From Eledone cirrhosa (lineage: Eukaryota), in the NCBI GenBank assembly GCA_964016885.1, contig OZ024764.1, positions 22,382,001 through 22,446,000 on the forward strand: 64,000 nucleotides of DNA, given 5' to 3'. Below, piece by piece: positions 55,434-64,000 of the stretch. Positions within the stretch are counted from its first letter, which is position 1; each line of letters starts with the position of its first letter. The notes beneath the pieces are model-generated. The model was not told where the DNA came from. It worked only from the letters and a program-made list of their open reading frames with translations, and did no database searches. The translations under genes and the position numbers were made by a program.

Positions 55434-57346
55434 AAATAATAATAATAATAATGAAATTATTGTGTACAGTGCTCAGGTGCACTACAACTCATCAAAGGTG
55501 CATGTATAGTACATAGAATAATGTACAAATGTCAGGAAAATGAACAGTGTATGAGTCATGATATAATAACAATAATGAAATATTGTGTATAGTGCCCAGG
55601 TGCACCACAACTCATCAAAAAAGTGCATGTACAGTACATAGGGCAATGCACAAACATCAGTAAAATGAACAGTGCACGAGTCATGATACACACGTGTGCA
55701 TGTGTATGGAAGGGGTACATCAGGTGTAGTTTTGGCGTATTTCGGGAAGCATGAGTGTCTTAAAGGATGCAGTGTCTCGGCAGCTAACAACTGACGCAGG
55801 CAGTTTGTTCCCTACTTCAGCAACTCTGAGCGTGAAAAAATGTCTACGAAAGTCATGGGAGCTGTGCTGTTTTTTGATCTTGTAGGCATGTCCACGTGTG
55901 TTAGACACATGGAGATCAAAGAGGCGCTCAGAGTTGCAATTGGCGAGATGGTTAAAAACTTTGTGGGCATTCACCAAGTCCATTGCCAGACGTCGGAGCT
56001 TCAATGAATTCATGCCCAGGGAAGCAAGGCGTTCAGAGTATGGTAGGTGTCTGATGGAGGGTATGTGCTTGGTTGCACGTCTCTGAACAGTTTCCAGGAG
56101 GTCAATGTTCTGAGCAAGATAGGGGTTCCAGACTGATGATGCGAATTCCAAGTGTGGTCGTACCATAGCTGTATACAGTTTTAAATAGATGGCTGGAGAG
56201 CGGCTAACAAAGGTCTTGCTGAGTGATGCCAAGACACCCTCGGCCTTCTTGACAATCTTAGAGACATGCTTTGTCCAACGCAAGTCGTTGCTGACAGTAA
56301 TGCCCAGGTCACGTTCACAAGAGGAATTTTTGATATCAGTGTTGTGGAGGGAGTATGTGGACGCTGGATTTTTCCTTCCAAAATGCATGGTGGTAAACTT
56401 GTCCACAGCCAGCTTCAGTTGCCAGTCTGTGATCCATTGCTGCATTGTGTCCAGGTCTGATTGTAGGAAAGAGTTGTAAATTTCAGGATCAGTCCTTTTG
56501 ATTTCAAGGTACAGCTTGATGTCATCTGCATATTTCAGTACCGTGGCATTCTGTAAGTTGGCATCTATGTCATTAATATATGCCACAAACAAAAGAGGAC
56601 CAAGAACAGATCCCTGTGGTACACCAGATGACATCTCATATGGTGAAGAATGCTGTCCTAGAACCGTGACTACTTCCTTTCGGCTGAGAATGAAGGATTT
56701 CAGCCAGTCGAAAAGATCATCCCTCACACCCATTGCAGAGAGTTTTGCCATAAGTCTTTTGAGTGGCACAGAATTAAAAGCCTTAGCGAAGTCAAAGTAA
56801 ACAACATCCACCCATGAGCCGCTGTCAGTGATCTGGGTGATGTCCTCAAGGAACTCGATAAGCTGATCACAGCAGCTGGAGTTAGGGATAAATCCAAACT
56901 GTGAGGGCCGGATGAGGCTGTGAGAGCTCCAGAAGTTCCAAAGTGTTTCTCTGACACAGGATTCCATCAGTTTCGCCATACAGCTAGTAAGACTGACTGG
57001 ACGATAGTTGACAGGTGACATGCGGTTGCCCTTTTTGAACAGGGGAATGACACTGGCAGTTTTCCACTGCTCCGGAGTAGCACCATTGTTGAAACAGTAT
57101 TGAAAGAAGAAAGAAAGCTGGCGCAAAAGGAAATACCCGCCACGTTTGAGAAGCAGGTATGTCACACCATCAAGACCAGGGGAGGCATAGTTGCGCTTAT
57201 TCTTAAGGTGACGTCGCAACATTGCAGGTGTAAATTCCATAGTTGTTATAGAATTTGATGTTAGAGATGGTGGAGATGGTACATTCTGGTTTTCAACAGT
57301 AAAAATACTTGCATAGCACTCAACAATGAGTTCTGCGCATTCCTTG
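55434..57346 (-). mobile_element. 5'-truncated CR1/Jockey-group LINE with a (TTA)n tail, inserted in the piggyBac-type MITE
   Basis: NYRPVSLTS, YFDFAKAFNSV, GVPQGSVLGPLLF, YADD, VRPHLEFASSVWNP, LETVQRRATK, TRGH; possible 3-bp TSD att; empty site ccgtaactggtcac in other units. Confidence 0.92.
55720..57240 (-). CDS. LINE ORF2 reverse transcriptase (partial, open to the truncation point)
   Basis: 506-aa uninterrupted ORF, also open upstream to ~57345. Confidence 0.88.
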   Translation of the reverse strand: MEFTPAMLRRHLKNKRNYASPGLDGVTYLLLKRGGYFLLRQLSFFFQYCFNNGATPEQWKTASVIPLFKKGNRMSPVNYRPVSLTSCMAKLMESCVRETLWNFWSSHSLIRPSQFGFIPNSSCCDQLIEFLEDITQITDSGSWVDVVYFDFAKAFNSVPLKRLMAKLSAMGVRDDLFDWLKSFILSRKEVVTVLGQHSSPYEMSSGVPQGSVLGPLLFVAYINDIDANLQNATVLKYADDIKLYLEIKRTDPEIYNSFLQSDLDTMQQWITDWQLKLAVDKFTTMHFGRKNPASTYSLHNTDIKNSSCERDLGITVSNDLRWTKHVSKIVKKAEGVLASLSKTFVSRSPAIYLKLYTAMVRPHLEFASSVWNPYLAQNIDLLETVQRRATKHIPSIRHLPYSERLASLGMNSLKLRRLAMDLVNAHKVFNHLANCNSERLFDLHVSNTRGHAYKIKKQHSSHDFRRHFFTLRVAEVGNKLPASVVSCRDTASFKTLMLPEIRQNYT

Positions 57347-57564
57347 ATTGGTCACTTATACTTATGTTAAGGTATTGTTCTCAAAATAAATAACATGAAA
57401 ATCTCATAGATTTGATATTATGAGAGATAAAGCATTTACTGTGAAAATATAATAGTAAATATAGAGTAATGTGAATACTAAAGGGTTAATCTAATGCCAC
57501 TAATAACTACTTTTATCAGTCAGTTTAATCTAATGTCACTAATAACTACTTTTATCTGTCAGTC

Positions 57565-57748
57565 GGTGGATTGGCAGTATCGGTAGAGGGTCGGACGCCA
57601 TGCTTTCAAGCATAGTTACGTCCCTTTACGATCTGAGTTCAAATCCCGCCGAGGTTGACTTTGCCTTTCATCCTTACGGGGTCGATAAAATAATGTACCA
57701 GTAATGCACTGGGTAATTGCTGGCCTTGTGCCTAAAGTATAAACAAGT
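57565..57748 (+). mobile_element. tRNA-derived SINE inserted in the 39-bp VNTR
   Basis: tggcagtatcgg A-box-like, gagttcaaatcc B-box, gcctttcatccttacggggtcgataaa central domain; interrupts VNTR 57490-57815. Confidence 0.8.
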
Positions 57749-58148
57749 ATAATCTAATGTCACTAATAACTACTTTTATCAGTCAGTTTAATCTACTGCC
57801 ACTAATAACTAACCTATGTTAGGCAGCACATTCTTCACCAAGGAAGGCCTTAGTATTTATTACAGTCCATTTATCAATATAGAAATATTCTATGAAATTT
57901 GTACTGATGTATTACAAGTTTCTGAGTATCTTATAATGTTCTTTTATTATTTCAGAATACCAGAGGACATTGGCATTAAAGAGCACGTTACATCAGACAT
58001 ATCCTCAACATTAACCATTTCTAATGAAAGACACTACCCATCATTTTCAAATAATATTGAAAACACTCAACACTTTGAAGGGATTTAGTAATATAACTAA
58101 ATTTCTCAGTATTAAGCTGTGAATTATGTGAAAAACTGACGTGATTGA

Positions 58149-59198
<1,050 letters not shown>

Positions 59199-59635
59199 CT
59201 GTATCAATATCAAACTCATTACATCATACTACAACAACAACAATTGTGTAGATCCATCATCCTTGCTAAAACTGGGGTTAACCTTGTAGGTTTTACCTAT
59301 GACAGGGATCATAAACACCAGGTTTCCATTTTTGAAGCAGTGTCTCAAGATTTTGTGTAAATTGAAGTTTTTCACATTAAACTTTCATTTATTATACTTT
59401 AACAGGTAAGATATATATTTGTATTTTTAGTAAAGGTTGGTAACTTCTGTAATTTAAACCTGCCAATAAAATGAAAACGTTTGTTGTTGCTAGTCTGACA
59501 TTGATATTAATTCTATTGTCCTGTACATTGTCTCAAATATCAAAAAATCTCATCGATTTGATATTATGTGAGATAAAGCATTTACTGTGAAAATATAATA
59601 GTAAATATAGAGTAATGTGAATACTAAAGGGTTAA

Positions 59636-60127
59636 TCTAATGTCACTAATAACTACTTTTATCAGTCAGTTTAATCTAATGTCACTAATAACTACTTTTA
59701 TCTGTCAGTATAATCTAATGTCACTAATAACTACTTTTATCAGTCAGTTTAATCTAATGTCACTAATAACTACTTTTATCAGTCAGCATAATCTAATGTC
59801 ACTAATAACTACTTTTATCAGTCAGTATAATCTAATGTCACTAATAACTACTTTTATCAGTCAGTATAATCTAATCTCACTAATAACTACTTTTATCTGT
59901 CAGTTTAATATAATGTCACTAATAACTACTTTTATCAGTCAGTATAATCTAATCTCACTAATAACTACTTTTATTAGTCAGTTTAATATAATGTCACTAA
60001 TAACTACTTTTATCAGTCAGTTTAATCTAATCTCACTAATAACTACTTTTATCAGTCAGTTTAATCTAATGTCACTAATAACTACTTTTATCAGTCAGTT
60101 TAATCTAATGTCACTAATAACTAACCT
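59636..60127. repeat. 39-bp VNTR, ~12.5 copies
   Basis: Tandem repeat. Confidence 0.95.
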
Positions 60128-61066
60128 ATGTTAGTCAGCACATTCTTCACCTAAGAAGGCCTTAGTATTTATTACAGTCCATTTATCAATATAGAAATAT
60201 TATATGAAATTTGTACTGATGTATTACAAGTTTCTAAGTATCTTATAATGTTCTTTTATTATTTCAGAATACCAGAGGACATTGGCATTAAAGAGCACGT
60301 TACATCAGACATATCCTCAACATTAACCATTTCTAATGAAAGACACTACCCATCATTTTCAAATAATTTTGAAAACACTCAACACTTTGAAGGGATTTAG
60401 TAATATAACTAAATTTCTCAGTATTAAGCTGCTATTTGGAACATAACTTTGCACAATCTCATGAAGTTACAATGGAAAGTTTTTAGATAAATATAAAGAC
60501 TGGTATGAAAAGGATAAAACACTTTTATATCAGTTGTTTCATCAACACTATTATTTAAAGACTAAAGGAAGCTGTTATACAGAACAGATACAACCTTGTT
60601 TATATAAATCTATGGGAGAAATACTGTGAAATATTTCTTGTAAACTCAATAACCCTTCTATTCTTTGCTGTCTGGAATATGTAGAAGATACAAAATAAAG
60701 CTGAAGAAATTTACACATGATTTTGTAAGATCTTCATATATTGACAAAGTTGATAGTTGATGGAACTACAGGAGTAGAAATATTTCCATTTTTACAGGAA
60801 TAACTAATCAAATGAAAACTAGAAAAATTAGATTCTTCACTGTCTGGAATATCTACAAGATGATTTTATATGTATATTAAACTTGAAGACATCAACAAAA
60901 CAGTTTGTATCATCTTTAAATATAAAGAAAGACCAAGTTGATGGAAATATATCTGGAGGAATATGTTTTAGGAATAATATTATAAACATAAAGAAGAAAA
61001 ATATCCATATATTGCGAGGAGAAAAATATTAAAACTGTGAATTATGTGAGAAACTGGGGTGATTGA

Positions 61067-63087
<2,021 letters not shown>

Positions 63088-64000
63088 CTGTATCAATATC
63101 AAACTCATTACATCATACTACAACAACAACAACAATTGTGTAGATCCATCATCCTTGCTAAAACTGGGGATAACCTTGTAGGTTTTACCTATGACAGGGA
63201 TCATAAACACCAGGTTTCCATTTTTGAAGCAGTGTTTGAAGATTTTGTGTAAATTAAAGTTTTTCACATTAAAATTTCATTTATTATACTTTAACAGGTA
63301 AGATATATATTTGTATTTTTAGTAAAGTTGGGAACTTCTGTAATTTAAACCTGCCAATAAAATGAAAACGTTTGTTGTTGCTAGTCTGACATTGATATTA
63401 ATTCTATTGTCCTGTACATTGTCTCAAATATCACAGATTAAACAGATTTTAACAATAACAACAGAAATCAATAACTTGTAAGCCTAATATCTAGCTTCCA
63501 TTTTAACCATTTGATATTGTTGTTCCCCTCCTGTCTCTTCAGGTCTTTTAGATTTCAACTTCTATCTACTGTACTATTCCATCACCAAGGCAACATTCAT
63601 CTGGCTGGCAGCTTACATCAACTACAAATCTCATCAGTGGTTCACAACAGGCTGTCTGAAAGAAACTTCCAGATATCTTCTATGTCAGAGCCATCAATCT
63701 CCTCCTCCTTATCATATGTATCATGTAGAACATCTCTGAATTTATATTTAACAGGGAGATCTTTTACTGTCCCTACCCTTTTCTCTAGGTTGTCTTGTAC
63801 CTCTCTCACAGTCCCTCTAGATCTTATATTTAACAGGGAGATCTTTTACTATCCCTACCCTTTTCTCTAGGTTGTCTTGTACCAGTCTCACAGTCCCTCT
63901 AGATCTTATATTTAACAGGGAGATCTTTTACTGTCCCTACCCTTTTCTTTAGGTTGTCTTGTACCAGTCTCACAGTCCCTCTAGATCTTATATTTAACAG

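Overview
Eukaryotic, AT-rich, repeat-dense DNA. The finger sequence ([17 protein letters not shown]...) and the SINE/LINE content point to a coleoid cephalopod, most likely Octopus (inference from family resemblance, no search run). The window is a head-to-tail tandem array of a ~13-19 kb segmental unit. Each unit carries one C2H2 zinc-finger gene with a single coding exon: ATGs at 8231, 21602, 39577, 58167 and 61085, with 9, 13, 8, 12 and 23 fingers. Copy 3 has an in-frame TGA and is missing from the ORF track. Copy 5 is frameshifted and has lost its upstream region. The units share a putative NRF1/ETS/E-box promoter with a non-coding exon 1, a TE-filled first intron, a 39-bp VNTR before the 3' splice site, a relic ZNF exon and old TEs (RTE, hAT/Buster, Helitrons, MITEs, CRE relics). 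Copy-specific insertions (RTE, Helitron, Tigger/pogo, a 644-bp foldback element, CRE, CR1-type LINE, SINE) can be delimited against empty sites in sister copies. Most notable: CRE-clade retrotransposon 3' ends cluster around the putative ZNF promoter, and four of the six local minisatellites are amplified pieces of TE sequence.
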